From Thalassobaculaceae bacterium (GTDB taxonomy: Bacteria > Pseudomonadota > Alphaproteobacteria > Thalassobaculales > Thalassobaculaceae), in contig OZ245843.1 of assembly GCA_965228875.1 (NCBI GenBank), positions 1,904,616 to 1,968,615 of the forward strand: DNA of 64,000 bases. Reading direction: 5' to 3'. The notes below the pieces were generated by a model. The model had not been told where the DNA came from. It saw only the letters and a program-made list of their open reading frames with translations, and did no database searches. Made by a program: the position numbers and the translations under genes. Positions 1 to 9,344 of this stretch are shown one piece after another (position 1 is the first letter of the stretch; the number at the start of each line of letters is the position of its first letter).

Positions 1-102
1 GCTTCCATGACCAAGGAGCAGCTGGAGAACCGTCCGGAGTACGACGCCTCGCGGTTCGTCTCCGTGGCGATCGACGCGACCGGTTCGATCACCACGCAGT
101 AA
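1..102 (+). CDS. 3' end of a gene entering the window, possibly a PRC-barrel protein
   Basis: Frame 1 reads ASMTKEQLENRPEYDASRFVSVAIDATGSITTQ*; TKEQLE..PEY resembles PRC-barrel C-termini; a terminator follows. Confidence 0.45.
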   Translation, partial: ASMTKEQLENRPEYDASRFVSVAIDATGSITTQ

Positions 103-125
103 GCGCGACGCTTCCTCAACACGTC

Positions 126-157
126 GACGGCCGCCCTACGGGGCGGCCGTCTCTTTT
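126..157 (+). terminator. Rho-independent terminator
   Basis: GACGGCCGCCC-TACG-GGGCGGCCGTC perfect 11-bp stem followed by TCTTTT, between convergent genes. Confidence 0.8.
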
Positions 158-177
158 CGTGTGCGACGATGCGCCGA

Positions 178-804
178 TCAGGCGTCGGCCGGGATCTCCA
201 TGCCGCGCTGGACCGCCGGACGCGCCATCAGCGCGTCGAACCAGCGCTTGACGTTCGGATAGTCGGCCAGGTCGACCTTCTGCCACTCGTAGCGCGCGAC
301 CCAGGGCAGGATGGCGATGTCGGCGATCGAGTACTCATTGTTGGCGACGTAGTCGACGCCTTCCAGACGCGCGTTCAGCACGCCGTAGAGCCGGCGGCAC
401 TCCTTACCGTAGCGCTCCTTGCCGTAGGGCACGTCGACCTTGGCGGCCCGCTCGAAATGGTGGACCTGACCGAAGATCGGGCCGATGCCGCCCATCTGCC
501 ACATCAGCCACTGGATCACCTCGTAGCGCCGGGCCGTGTCCTTCGGCATCAGCTTGCCCGACTTCTCGGCGAGGTACATCAGGATCGCGCCGGATTCGAT
601 GACCGTGTAGGGCTTGCCCTCCGGTCCCTCGGTATCGACGATCGCCGGAATCTTGGAGTTCGGATTGACGGCGATGTACTCCGGGGTGAACTGCACATCC
701 TGGCCGATCGGGATCGGGTAGACGTTGTAGGGCAGGCCGATCTCCTCGAGCATGATCGACGCCTTGCGCCCGTTCGAGGTCTTCCAGGTGTAGAGTTCGA
801 TCAT
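178..804 (-). CDS. Glutathione S-transferase, YfcG/Nu-class-like
   Basis: MIELYTWKTSNGRK, NPNSKIPAIVD, ESGAIL, YSIADIA motifs; ATG at 804 chosen over the upstream extension in the ORF track. Confidence 0.9.
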   Translation of the reverse strand: MIELYTWKTSNGRKASIMLEEIGLPYNVYPIPIGQDVQFTPEYIAVNPNSKIPAIVDTEGPEGKPYTVIESGAILMYLAEKSGKLMPKDTARRYEVIQWLMWQMGGIGPIFGQVHHFERAAKVDVPYGKERYGKECRRLYGVLNARLEGVDYVANNEYSIADIAILPWVARYEWQKVDLADYPNVKRWFDALMARPAVQRGMEIPADA

Positions 805-1097
805 CGGGTCAGTCCCCCCTGTTGAAACGTCGGCCGCCACACGCCAGCCGTTGGCGAGGACCCTAGAATAGATCACGATCGGATGGAAACATCCGATCGT
901 GTGAATTTGCTCTGTCTGTAATGACTTAGAGAGCGGTTCACGGATCGGATCAATCTGATCTCAGTCGTTCGCGCTCCCGTCGAGAGCCGCTGCACATCCG
1001 GCACCTGCCACACCCGAGGCCGGACGGGGCGGACAAGCCGCCGACTGCCTGCTAGACCCGGCACGCAAGCAACCCGGCGTCAATCGGAGACCCGCCC

Positions 1098-1433
1098 GTG
1101 ATCGCCAACTACCTCTTCCTGTTCGTGGCCATCGTCGCTGAAGTCGTCGGCACGACCGCCCTCGCCCGTTCGGACGGCTTCACCCGCCTGACGCCCAGCC
1201 TCATCACCGTGGTCAGCTACGCTGTCGCCTTCTACTGCCTCTCCATCCCGATCCGGGTCATGCCCACCGGCGTGGTCTATGCGATCTGGTCGGGGATGGG
1301 CATCGTCCTGATCAGTTTCGTCGCCTGGTTCTGGTACCGGCAGACCCTCGACTTCGCCGCCCTGCTCGGTCTCGGCTTCATCGTGACCGGCGTCATCATC
1401 GTCAATGTCTTCTCGAAGTCCGTGAGCCACTGA
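1098..1433 (+). CDS. SMR family (EmrE/Qac-type) small multidrug transporter
   Basis: 111 aa, four hydrophobic helices, AIVAEVVGTT with the conserved Glu, YAIWSGMG. Confidence 0.9.
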   Translation: MIANYLFLFVAIVAEVVGTTALARSDGFTRLTPSLITVVSYAVAFYCLSIPIRVMPTGVVYAIWSGMGIVLISFVAWFWYRQTLDFAALLGLGFIVTGVIIVNVFSKSVSH

Positions 1434-1455
1434 GCGTGGGATGCGCTGAAACCTC

Positions 1456-1929
1456 TCAGATCTCGAAGTCGAACCCCTGGAGGATCATCTCGACGCCGCC
1501 GTCCTTGCCGGCCAGGGGCATGTCGATGGATTCGGCGGCGACATACGGCCTCAGCGAGTGGGCCATGTTTCCGAACATCCGCAGGGGACGACGTTCGCCG
1601 ATCACCCGAACGAAGTGCTGACGCAGGCGCTCCCAGTAGACAGGCTCGTAGACCTCGTCGAGGTAGTTTCCCGTCTCGTCGCGCCCCACAGCCGTCGTCA
1701 CACGCGTGCCCAGAAGCCGGAAACGCAGGCGAAAGGGCGTCGGTTCGACGTCGAGGAGCACGACCCGACCACCAAACCCCATGAGTTCTTCGGCTGAGAG
1801 ATCACTGCGCCTCGGCACGTCGTCGCCGTCACGACGGCTCTCCCAAAGTGCCAGCAGCCGTTGGAGTTCCGGCGACCGCAGCGTGTTGGTCTCATCGATC
1901 TGCCACCAGCCGTCCAGCGGTATCGGCAT
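1456..1929 (-). CDS. Standalone PAS domain protein (PAS_5-like)
   Basis: LLALWESRR..VPRRSDL, FRLLGTRV..VGRDETG pattern typical of alphaproteobacterial PAS_5 proteins. Confidence 0.7.
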   Translation of the reverse strand: MPIPLDGWWQIDETNTLRSPELQRLLALWESRRDGDDVPRRSDLSAEELMGFGGRVVLLDVEPTPFRLRFRLLGTRVTTAVGRDETGNYLDEVYEPVYWERLRQHFVRVIGERRPLRMFGNMAHSLRPYVAAESIDMPLAGKDGGVEMILQGFDFEI

Positions 1930-2055
1930 CCCCTACCCCCCTGCGACCCTCGACAGGCGAACCAGACAGCGGAGATCACAGGTCAGACAACGGAAAGATT
2001 CAAGTGTCCTGATCGAACGAACCGGGCCCCGCACACCGATCCCGGGCGATCACCT

Positions 2056-3045
2056 TCACCGTCGAGTAAGCGTGATCGTGCTCTTTGACGCGTCCCAACC
2101 GACCCGGACTCGATCGCAGCCGCCGTCGTCGATCGCGAGGACGTCCGGGCTCTCGAAGCCCAGCGACGCCGCCGGAAAGCACAGGGAGGTCTGTTCGTCC
2201 GAGGCGACGGGGAGGTCCCAACTGCGCAGCCGGCCGTCCTCCTCCATCACCAGGTGATAGGTGGTCTCCTTCGTGTCCCAGTCCCGGCTGTAGCCGCCGA
2301 CCCACTGCTCCTCCCGGCCGTCTCCGGTCAGATCCCCGCGGGCGATGGCGTGCCCCATCCAGTCGGCGCGCGGCCATCGCAGGATCACCGCGCTCAGCAG
2401 CGCGCCGGCCCGCCGGTCGGCGACTGCGGGCGCATAGGCCTCGAGCACCGATTGCGGAACCGCCGGCCAATCCCCCGGGTCGACGTACTCGCCGTCGCAT
2501 TCGAACTTGGCTCGGTATTCGACGACCCGGACGACGGGCGCGCTGACGTCATAGACAACCCCTTCCCCGCAATCGCCGACGCCCCGGCCCTTGTAGTGCA
2601 GCGAGACCCGTCCGCCGTCGGCCAGGTCGGCCCAGCCCGTGAGCCAGGGATGATAGGCGAGATAGGGCCAGGGCGTTCCCTCGCTCTCCCGCCATGTCGG
2701 GAAGGCCAGCAGGGTCTGGAGCCAGTCGCCGTCTCGCCGCTCCAAGCGCAACGCGACATCGGTCGCCTGATAGGCGTGGTGCTCGCACGTGACCAGGGCG
2801 ACCCATACCCCCGCCGACACCGGCGCGATCCAGATGTTCTCGTAGGCCGCGACCTGGAACTCCTCGCGGGAGATCCGGCAGGGTTCGGGAATATGCAGGC
2901 CGTCGGCGGCGAGCACGTCCGCCGTCGGTGCATCCTCCATCGCCCGATCCGACAGAGCCGGCGCCGTCGTCAGAACCGCCGCGACGGCAAAGGCAAGGCG
3001 GCGGCCCCACACGGAGGCCGCCGCCGAGATGTCGCCGATGCGCAA
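2056..3045 (-). CDS. Secreted protein with a DUF1176-like domain; start uncertain
   Basis: Signal-peptide-like N-terminus; C..HAYQ and YKGRGVGDCG...C.G...WP motifs resemble DUF1176. Confidence 0.55.
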   Translation of the reverse strand: MRIGDISAAASVWGRRLAFAVAAVLTTAPALSDRAMEDAPTADVLAADGLHIPEPCRISREEFQVAAYENIWIAPVSAGVWVALVTCEHHAYQATDVALRLERRDGDWLQTLLAFPTWRESEGTPWPYLAYHPWLTGWADLADGGRVSLHYKGRGVGDCGEGVVYDVSAPVVRVVEYRAKFECDGEYVDPGDWPAVPQSVLEAYAPAVADRRAGALLSAVILRWPRADWMGHAIARGDLTGDGREEQWVGGYSRDWDTKETTYHLVMEEDGRLRSWDLPVASDEQTSLCFPAASLGFESPDVLAIDDGGCDRVRVGWDASKSTITLTRR

Positions 3046-3049
3046 GCGC

Positions 3050-5386
3050 CTACGCCGCCTGCTGCTTGGCCCCGTTGATCAGGGACCACAGGACCTGCGG
3101 GGTTGCCGGCATGTCGATATGGGTGACGCCGGTGGTGGCGTGCAGGGCATCCACCAGAGCGCTGATCACCGCCGGCGGGGCACCGATGGCGCCGGCCTCG
3201 CCCGACCCCTTGATGCCGAGCGGGTTGGTGGTGCACCGCACGTTGTGGACGTTGAAGTCGAACATCGGCACCAGATCGGCGCGCGGCATGCCGTAGTCCA
3301 TGAACGAGCCGGTGACGAGCTGCCCCGAGTCCGCGTCGTAAACCGTGTGCTCGGTCAGCGCCTGGCCGACACCCTGGACGATGCCGCCATGGACCTGGCC
3401 GGCGAGCATCAGCGGATTGATGGTCTCGCCGAAGTCGTCGACGATGGTGTAGCGCTCGATGGCGACGTCGCCGGTCTGCGGATCGACCTCCAGCTCCACC
3501 ACATGGCAGCCGTTCGGATAGGTCGCGGCCTCCGGCGTGCGCTGATGGGTCTCGTCGAGACCCGGCGTCATGCCCTCCTCCAGGTTCGCCGGGTCCTTCG
3601 CCGCCCTGGCGACCTCGACGATGGTCATCGACTTGTCGGTGCCGGCGACGGTGAAGGTGCCGTCGGCGAACTCGATGTCGGCCGCCGCCGCCTCCATGGC
3701 GTTGGCGGCGATCTTCTTGCCCTTCTCGACGATCTGACGGCCCGCCAGCAGCACCGCCGCGCCGCCGACCGGCACCGAACGCGACCCGCCGGTCATGCCA
3801 GGCGGCACGTCGTCGGTGTCGCCCTGGATCACCTTGATGGAATCCCCCTCGACGCCGATCGTGTCGGACAGGATCTGGGCGTAGGCGGTCTCGTGGCCCT
3901 GGCCGTTCGACTGGGTGCCGATGCGGATCTCAACCTTGCCCTCGTCGGTGAAGCGCACGTCCGCCGTCTCCGGGCTGCCGCCGCCGCACTTCTCGATGTA
4001 ATAGCCCATGCCGATACCCCGCAGCTTGCCACGGGCCGCCGCCTCCCTGCGACGCTCCTCGAACGTCGCCCAGTCGGACTTCGCCATGCACTCTTCCATG
4101 AGCGTCTGGAACTCGCCGCTGTCGTACACGTTGCCGAGCGGCGTTGTGTAGGGCATGGCCTCCGGCGGGATGAAGTTGCGCCGCCGCACCTCGTCCGGCG
4201 TCAGGCCCATCTCCTGGCCGACGACGTCGACCACCCGCTCGATCAGATAGGCGGCCTCCGGCCGGCCGGCGCCGCGATAGGCGTCGGTCGGCGTGGTGTT
4301 GTTCAGAACGCCGAGGACATTCACGTAGATCGCCGGCACCTTGTAGACGCCCGACAGCATATGGGTGCCCGCGTTGGTCGGAATGAAGGCGCCCATGTGG
4401 TGCAGATAGCCGCCGAGGGCCGCGAAGGTCTTCACCCGCAGGGCCTGGATGACGCCCTCGGCGTCCACCGCCGCCTCGGCGTAGGAGATGTTGTCGCGAC
4501 CCTGGGCGTCGGTCATGAACGCGTCGGACCGCTCGGGGTTGTAGCGCACCGCCGCCTTCAGCTTGCGCGAGGCCCAGGTGCACAGCGCCTGTTCGGGATA
4601 GAGAAAGATCTTCATGCCGAAACCGCCGCCGACATCGGTGGTGCGGCAGCGCAGCTTCGCCGGGTCGATCTTCAGCACCTTCTCGGCCAGCAGCGTCTGG
4701 AAAACGTGCGGACCCTGGGTCGACGACCAGAGGGTCGAGCGGTCGGTGTCGGCATGGTACTCGGCGACGACCGGACGGACCTCCATGGAGTTGACGACGA
4801 TGCGATTGTTGACGACGCGGACCTCGACCTTCTTGTGGGCGGCGTCGAACGCGGCATCGACGGCGGCCTTGTCGCCGCTCTCCCAGTCGAAGGCGATATT
4901 GTTGGGGATATGGTCGAAGAGCTGCGGCGCGCCGGCGGCGGTCGCGCCCTCGGTGTCGACCGTGGCCTCAAGCTCGTCGTAGTCGACCTCGATCAGTTCG
5001 GCGGCATCGCGCGCCTGCACCGCGGTCTCGGCCACGACGAAGGCGACCGGCTCGCCGACGTGGCGCACCTTGCCGACCGCCAGGATCGGCCGGGGGGTGT
5101 CGGCGCGCGGGGTGCCGTCCCGGTTGGTGACCGGCGGCACGCACGGCAGGTCGCCGAGATCGTCGGCCTTCACGTCCTCCCCGGTGTACACGGCGATGAC
5201 GCCGGGCGCGTCCTTGGCAGCCGAGGTGTCGATGCTCGCGATCGTCGCGTGCGCCACCGGCGAGCGCAGGACGTACGCCGCCAGCGCGCCCTCGACCTGG
5301 ATATCGTCGGTGTACGTCCCGGTGCCCTTGAGCAGCCGGTTGTCCTCCACGCGCTTCACGCCTTGTCCGATTGCGAACTTCACCAT
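3050..5386 (-). CDS. Xanthine dehydrogenase family molybdopterin subunit (CoxL form II-like)
   Basis: IGQGVKRVEDNRLLKG, DVGGGFGMK, AYRGAGRPEA, GQGHETAY, GIKGSGEAG. Confidence 0.9.
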   Translation of the reverse strand: MVKFAIGQGVKRVEDNRLLKGTGTYTDDIQVEGALAAYVLRSPVAHATIASIDTSAAKDAPGVIAVYTGEDVKADDLGDLPCVPPVTNRDGTPRADTPRPILAVGKVRHVGEPVAFVVAETAVQARDAAELIEVDYDELEATVDTEGATAAGAPQLFDHIPNNIAFDWESGDKAAVDAAFDAAHKKVEVRVVNNRIVVNSMEVRPVVAEYHADTDRSTLWSSTQGPHVFQTLLAEKVLKIDPAKLRCRTTDVGGGFGMKIFLYPEQALCTWASRKLKAAVRYNPERSDAFMTDAQGRDNISYAEAAVDAEGVIQALRVKTFAALGGYLHHMGAFIPTNAGTHMLSGVYKVPAIYVNVLGVLNNTTPTDAYRGAGRPEAAYLIERVVDVVGQEMGLTPDEVRRRNFIPPEAMPYTTPLGNVYDSGEFQTLMEECMAKSDWATFEERRREAAARGKLRGIGMGYYIEKCGGGSPETADVRFTDEGKVEIRIGTQSNGQGHETAYAQILSDTIGVEGDSIKVIQGDTDDVPPGMTGGSRSVPVGGAAVLLAGRQIVEKGKKIAANAMEAAAADIEFADGTFTVAGTDKSMTIVEVARAAKDPANLEEGMTPGLDETHQRTPEAATYPNGCHVVELEVDPQTGDVAIERYTIVDDFGETINPLMLAGQVHGGIVQGVGQALTEHTVYDADSGQLVTGSFMDYGMPRADLVPMFDFNVHNVRCTTNPLGIKGSGEAGAIGAPPAVISALVDALHATTGVTHIDMPATPQVLWSLINGAKQQAA

Positions 5387-5566
5387 GTCGCCAGTCTCCG
5401 CTGCACATTGGTCTGAAGGGCCGGCCCGGCGGGCAACGCAACCCGAGTTGTCGATCTGCTCGATAGTGCCGAAACGCCCATCGAAGCGCGGGCGCATGGT
5501 AGAAACCTCGCCCCCTCGCGCTCAAGGCCGAATTCGGCTAGCAATGAGGTAGATGCACTACACCGG

Positions 5567-6511
5567 ATGACCATCCCCGTGTCCACCTCGACCTCCGGCC
5601 CCGCGGCCCCGGACTCGCCACAAGGCTCGTCCGCGGGCTCGTCGACACCGCTCGCCATCGCGCTGCTGGCGCTGCTCGCCGTGTTCTGGGGGGCGAACTG
5701 GCCGATCATGAAACTTGGCCTCGCCGAGATTCCACCCTGGGTATTCCGCGCCTCGGCGAGCACCGTCGCCGGCCTCGGACTGTTCGCCGTCGCACTCATC
5801 GGCGGCCACAGCCTGAAGATTCCGCGGACCATGTGGCGGCCCCTGGTCCTTTCGGCGCTGCTCAACATGAGCCTGTGGAACATCCTGGTCCTCTATGGAA
5901 TCGACCTGATGGACGCCGGACGGGCCGGCATCCTCGCCTACACCATGCCGCTCTGGGCGACCCTGATGGGCGCGCTGATCATGAAGGAGCGGCTCGGTAT
6001 CCGCGCGATCGCCGGCCTCGGCCTCGGACTGGCGGGCATGGCCCTGCTCTTCTCGGTCGACGCCCAGGCGCTGTCGGGACCGCCGCTCGGCCCGCTGCTC
6101 GTTGTCGCCGCCGCGTTCTGCTGGGGCACCGGAACCGTGGTGGTGAAGAACGCCGGCTTCACCCAGCCGGTCACCGTGGTCTGCGGCTGGCAGCACCTGA
6201 TCGGCACCCTGCCCGTGGCGGTGATCGCGATCGTCTGGGATGTCCACAACATCGAAGAGGTGACGCTCTGGCCGGCGCTGGCGGTGGTCTACAACATGAC
6301 CATCACCGGCATCCTCTGCTACTGGGCCTACTTCAAGGTGGTGTCGCTGCTGCCGGTCGTCGCGTCGACCGTGGGTACGCTGATGGTCCCGGTGATCGGC
6401 GTGTTCTTCAACGCCCTGATCTTCGGCGTGCAGCCGCAATGGGTCGACTACGGCGCGCTGGTCTGCGTCGTGGCGGCGGTGTTCCTGGTCATGACCCGGC
6501 GCGGGCGTTAA
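5567..6511 (+). CDS. DMT/EamA family transporter
   Basis: FWGANWPIMK, about ten hydrophobic segments, two EamA halves. Confidence 0.85.
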   Translation: MTIPVSTSTSGPAAPDSPQGSSAGSSTPLAIALLALLAVFWGANWPIMKLGLAEIPPWVFRASASTVAGLGLFAVALIGGHSLKIPRTMWRPLVLSALLNMSLWNILVLYGIDLMDAGRAGILAYTMPLWATLMGALIMKERLGIRAIAGLGLGLAGMALLFSVDAQALSGPPLGPLLVVAAAFCWGTGTVVVKNAGFTQPVTVVCGWQHLIGTLPVAVIAIVWDVHNIEEVTLWPALAVVYNMTITGILCYWAYFKVVSLLPVVASTVGTLMVPVIGVFFNALIFGVQPQWVDYGALVCVVAAVFLVMTRRGR

Positions 6512-7836
6512 CCGATCAGCACCACGTTCAATCCGGTCAGCACCGTCATCGTGAAGATGAAGAACAGCCCCGCGTAGATCAGGTTGGGGCCCAGGGCCAG
6601 GCTCAGCGCGCGCACGCCGAACATCCTGCCCGCCGTCACCACCGACAGCGAGCTGATCGAGTTCATCGCCCCCATGCCCCAGCCGAACATCATCGCCGTC
6701 ATCAGCGGCAGGTCGGCGACGGGAAGGTCGCTCGTGGTCACCGCCACCATCATGACCGTACCGGTGATCATCGGGTGCACACCGATCAGGGCGAACAGGA
6801 TCATGGAGCCGGCCACCGCGGCGAACACGGTCCAGGCCGGCAGGTGGGCCGCGATCCACGGGGCCATCACCTCCAGGATCGGCGGCGCGGTCTCGGCCAG
6901 CGTTCCCAGCACCAGCGCCGCCGAAACGATGGCGAGATCGTCTCCCATGGTCGCCATCGACGCGCGCGTCTCCTCGTAGACCGCGGCGATCCGGTGCGGT
7001 TTCTGGGCGATGTGAAGGGCGCAGAGCGCCGGCATGACCATCAGGACGGCGCCGAGGGTGCTGATCGGAAAGAGCTGCGAGGCGGTGATGACCAGTCCGG
7101 CCACCGCCGCCATGAGCAGACCGATGGGCGCCAGGCAGTTGAGGCCCCGGCGCACCGCGTCGATGCTCAGCGGGCGGGCGAAGATCAGCAGCGAAATGGT
7201 CAGTCCGCAGGCCGCCATCGATCCGCCGAGCGCGAAGACCTGCCAGACCGGTACCGCCGGCAGGTAGGTGTAGGCGACCGCGAATCCGACGAAGAACGGC
7301 GAGTACAGCGCCACCGTGTTCATGCCGCGCAGGGTCGCCAGCGCCGAGGCCTTGCGATGCCCCTGCGGCGCGTCGTCCGGGACAACGGAGGCCATCAGCG
7401 CGAACGCTCCGGTGTTCAGCACCGCACCGAAGGCATGGGCGCCGAACAGCAGGCCGATACCGGACAACCGCGCCGGCAGCGAGGCGATCCTGTGCTGGGC
7501 CGTGCGCACCGCCGGCAGCCCCCGGGCCACCGCCCGGGTCATCGCCAAGGTCGGCAGCAGACCGGCGAAGATCAGCGTGCGGTCGAATCCGCGCAGCAGT
7601 TCGCCGGCATCGGCACCGCTCCACAACAGAGCGCCGGCGATCGCGGCGATCAGCGCGAACACGCCAAGCGTCTCCCGCCGGGCATCGAGCAGCGACAGCA
7701 CGACGAACAGGGCGAGCCCCCCCGCGGCCGCGGTATGCAGCCAGCCGAGATCGACCCAGAGGAGGACGAGTGCCGACAGCCAGATCGCCAGGAGGGCGGG
7801 CGGCCGCCAGCGCCGGTTCAGAGCGGAGATTGTCAT
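6508..7836 (-). CDS. Polytopic membrane protein, probable secondary transporter
   Basis: About 440 aa with many TM segments and YSPFFVGFAVA; ATG at 7836 chosen. Confidence 0.6.
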   Translation of the reverse strand: MTISALNRRWRPPALLAIWLSALVLLWVDLGWLHTAAAGGLALFVVLSLLDARRETLGVFALIAAIAGALLWSGADAGELLRGFDRTLIFAGLLPTLAMTRAVARGLPAVRTAQHRIASLPARLSGIGLLFGAHAFGAVLNTGAFALMASVVPDDAPQGHRKASALATLRGMNTVALYSPFFVGFAVAYTYLPAVPVWQVFALGGSMAACGLTISLLIFARPLSIDAVRRGLNCLAPIGLLMAAVAGLVITASQLFPISTLGAVLMVMPALCALHIAQKPHRIAAVYEETRASMATMGDDLAIVSAALVLGTLAETAPPILEVMAPWIAAHLPAWTVFAAVAGSMILFALIGVHPMITGTVMMVAVTTSDLPVADLPLMTAMMFGWGMGAMNSISSLSVVTAGRMFGVRALSLALGPNLIYAGLFFIFTMTVLTGLNVVLIG

Positions 7837-7936
7837 CGCCCGAACGGTTGCGCAAAGTCGTTGCCAAGGCAACGGACGAACGCGCCCTCCAGGGGCCGGC
7901 GCGAAAACACGACTCAAAACACGGGGAGGAACGGGT

Positions 7937-8731
7937 ATGGCGGGACGGTTGTCAGGAAAGCGTGCGCTGGTGATGGGTGCCGGGTCGTCGGGGCCGGGCT
8001 GGGGCAACGGCAAGGCGACCGCTGTTCTGTTCGCCCGCGAGGGCGCGCGCGTCGTCTGCGCCGACGTCAATGCCGAGGCGGCGACCGAGACGGCGGCGCT
8101 GATCGAAGCCGAGGGCGGCATCGCGATCGCCGAGGCCTGCGACGTCACCGTGTCGGATCAGGTAGCGGCGGTGGTGGACCGGATGGTCGGGCGCTGGGAC
8201 GGGATCGACATCCTCCACAACAATGTCGGCATCGCCAAGATGGGCGGCCCGGTCGAACTGTCGGAGACGGACTGGCACCGGGTCATGGACGTGAACCTGA
8301 CCGGCGTCTTCCTTACCTGCAAGCATGTCCTGCCGCACATGCTCGCGGCCGGACGCGGGGCGATCGTCAACGTTTCCTCGGTCGCCGGCGCCCGCTACGT
8401 CGGCTACCCCTATTCCAGCTACTACGCCTCCAAGGGCGGCCTGAACCAGATGACGGTGGGTCTCGCATTGCAGTACGCGGCCCAGGGCATCCGTGCCAAC
8501 GCGATCATGCCAGGGCTGATGGACACGCCCCTGATCCGCACCCAGATCGCCGGTCAGTACGCCGATGTCGACGACATGATCCGCCAACGTGATGCCAAGT
8601 CGCCGACCGGCAAGATGGGGGACGCCTGGGATGTCGCCTACGCCGCGCTGTTCCTGGCCAGCGACGAGGCGAAGTACGTCAATGGCGTCTGCCTGCCGGT
8701 CGATGGCGGGCACCACATGAAGATCGGCTGA
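7937..8731 (+). CDS. SDR family oxidoreductase
   Basis: GAGSSGPGWGNG, NNVG, YYASK (YxxxK); RBS GGAGG upstream of ATG 7937. Confidence 0.9.
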   Translation: MAGRLSGKRALVMGAGSSGPGWGNGKATAVLFAREGARVVCADVNAEAATETAALIEAEGGIAIAEACDVTVSDQVAAVVDRMVGRWDGIDILHNNVGIAKMGGPVELSETDWHRVMDVNLTGVFLTCKHVLPHMLAAGRGAIVNVSSVAGARYVGYPYSSYYASKGGLNQMTVGLALQYAAQGIRANAIMPGLMDTPLIRTQIAGQYADVDDMIRQRDAKSPTGKMGDAWDVAYAALFLASDEAKYVNGVCLPVDGGHHMKIG

Positions 8732-8740
8732 CCATCCAGG

Positions 8741-9094
8741 TCAGGCGAGTGTCGCCGCCACGTCCCGGAGTGTCCCCTCGACCGCCTGCGACAGTCCCGC
8801 GCCGCGCACGAACACCACGCCCGCGTGATCCGGATTGGGGATGACGTGGCTCACCATCGCGCTGTTGATGAGCACGTCGAAAGGCTGCGGCGACACCGCG
8901 CGGAACCTGCGGAACGCGGCGCCGAGCATGGCTTCGACCGTCGCGAGGTCCTCCGCCACCTGGACCGACAGACGTTGCGGCAGGATCAGCAACGCGCCCG
9001 ACCCATCGGCGCCGGGCTTCGCGGAGAACGCCGCGTCCGCGTTCACGAAGACCGTGCCATAGGGGGCCGGTGCGGAAAACTCGATCAGCGCCAT
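8741..9094 (-). CDS. Small hypothetical protein with two tandem FlbD-like repeats
   Basis: Strong RBS GGAGGAGG; the two ~58-aa halves resemble each other. Confidence 0.6.
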   Translation of the reverse strand: MALIEFSAPAPYGTVFVNADAAFSAKPGADGSGALLILPQRLSVQVAEDLATVEAMLGAAFRRFRAVSPQPFDVLINSAMVSHVIPNPDHAGVVFVRGAGLSQAVEGTLRDVAATLA

Positions 9095-9255
9095 TGTCCA
9101 CCTCCTCCGGATCCGGACGTGCATCCGTCGTTAGACTGACGCTCCACGCCGCCGGACGTCAACCATGGCGCGTACGAAGCCAAAACACTCTATGCCTTTC
9201 CGTCTGACCGGGATCGGAACGGCGGGGCCTCGGTCGATATGTGATCGGGTTTATT

Positions 9256-9265
9256 TGTATATACA
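9256..9265. promoter_or_regulatory. HutC operator upstream of hutH
   Basis: Perfect palindrome TGTATATACA in an AT-rich patch about 80 bp upstream of hutH; fits the known HutC box. Confidence 0.8.
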
Positions 9266-9344
9266 TAATGAGTGAAACATCCTAGCATCGTCGGGCGATG
9301 CAACCGGTGGCGGATCGCCCGCGCCGTGCCGAAGGAGGGTGGTC

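Noticed and set aside
1000..1097. Guanidine riboswitch upstream of the SMR gene
   Set aside because: CCGGACG and GGACAAG fragments are present, but the pairing of classes I-III could not be built, and the protein looks Qac/EmrE-type rather than Gdx
3029..5416. 795-aa plus-strand ORF
   Set aside because: Antisense shadow of the CoxL-like gene, common in high-GC DNA; no recognisable motifs
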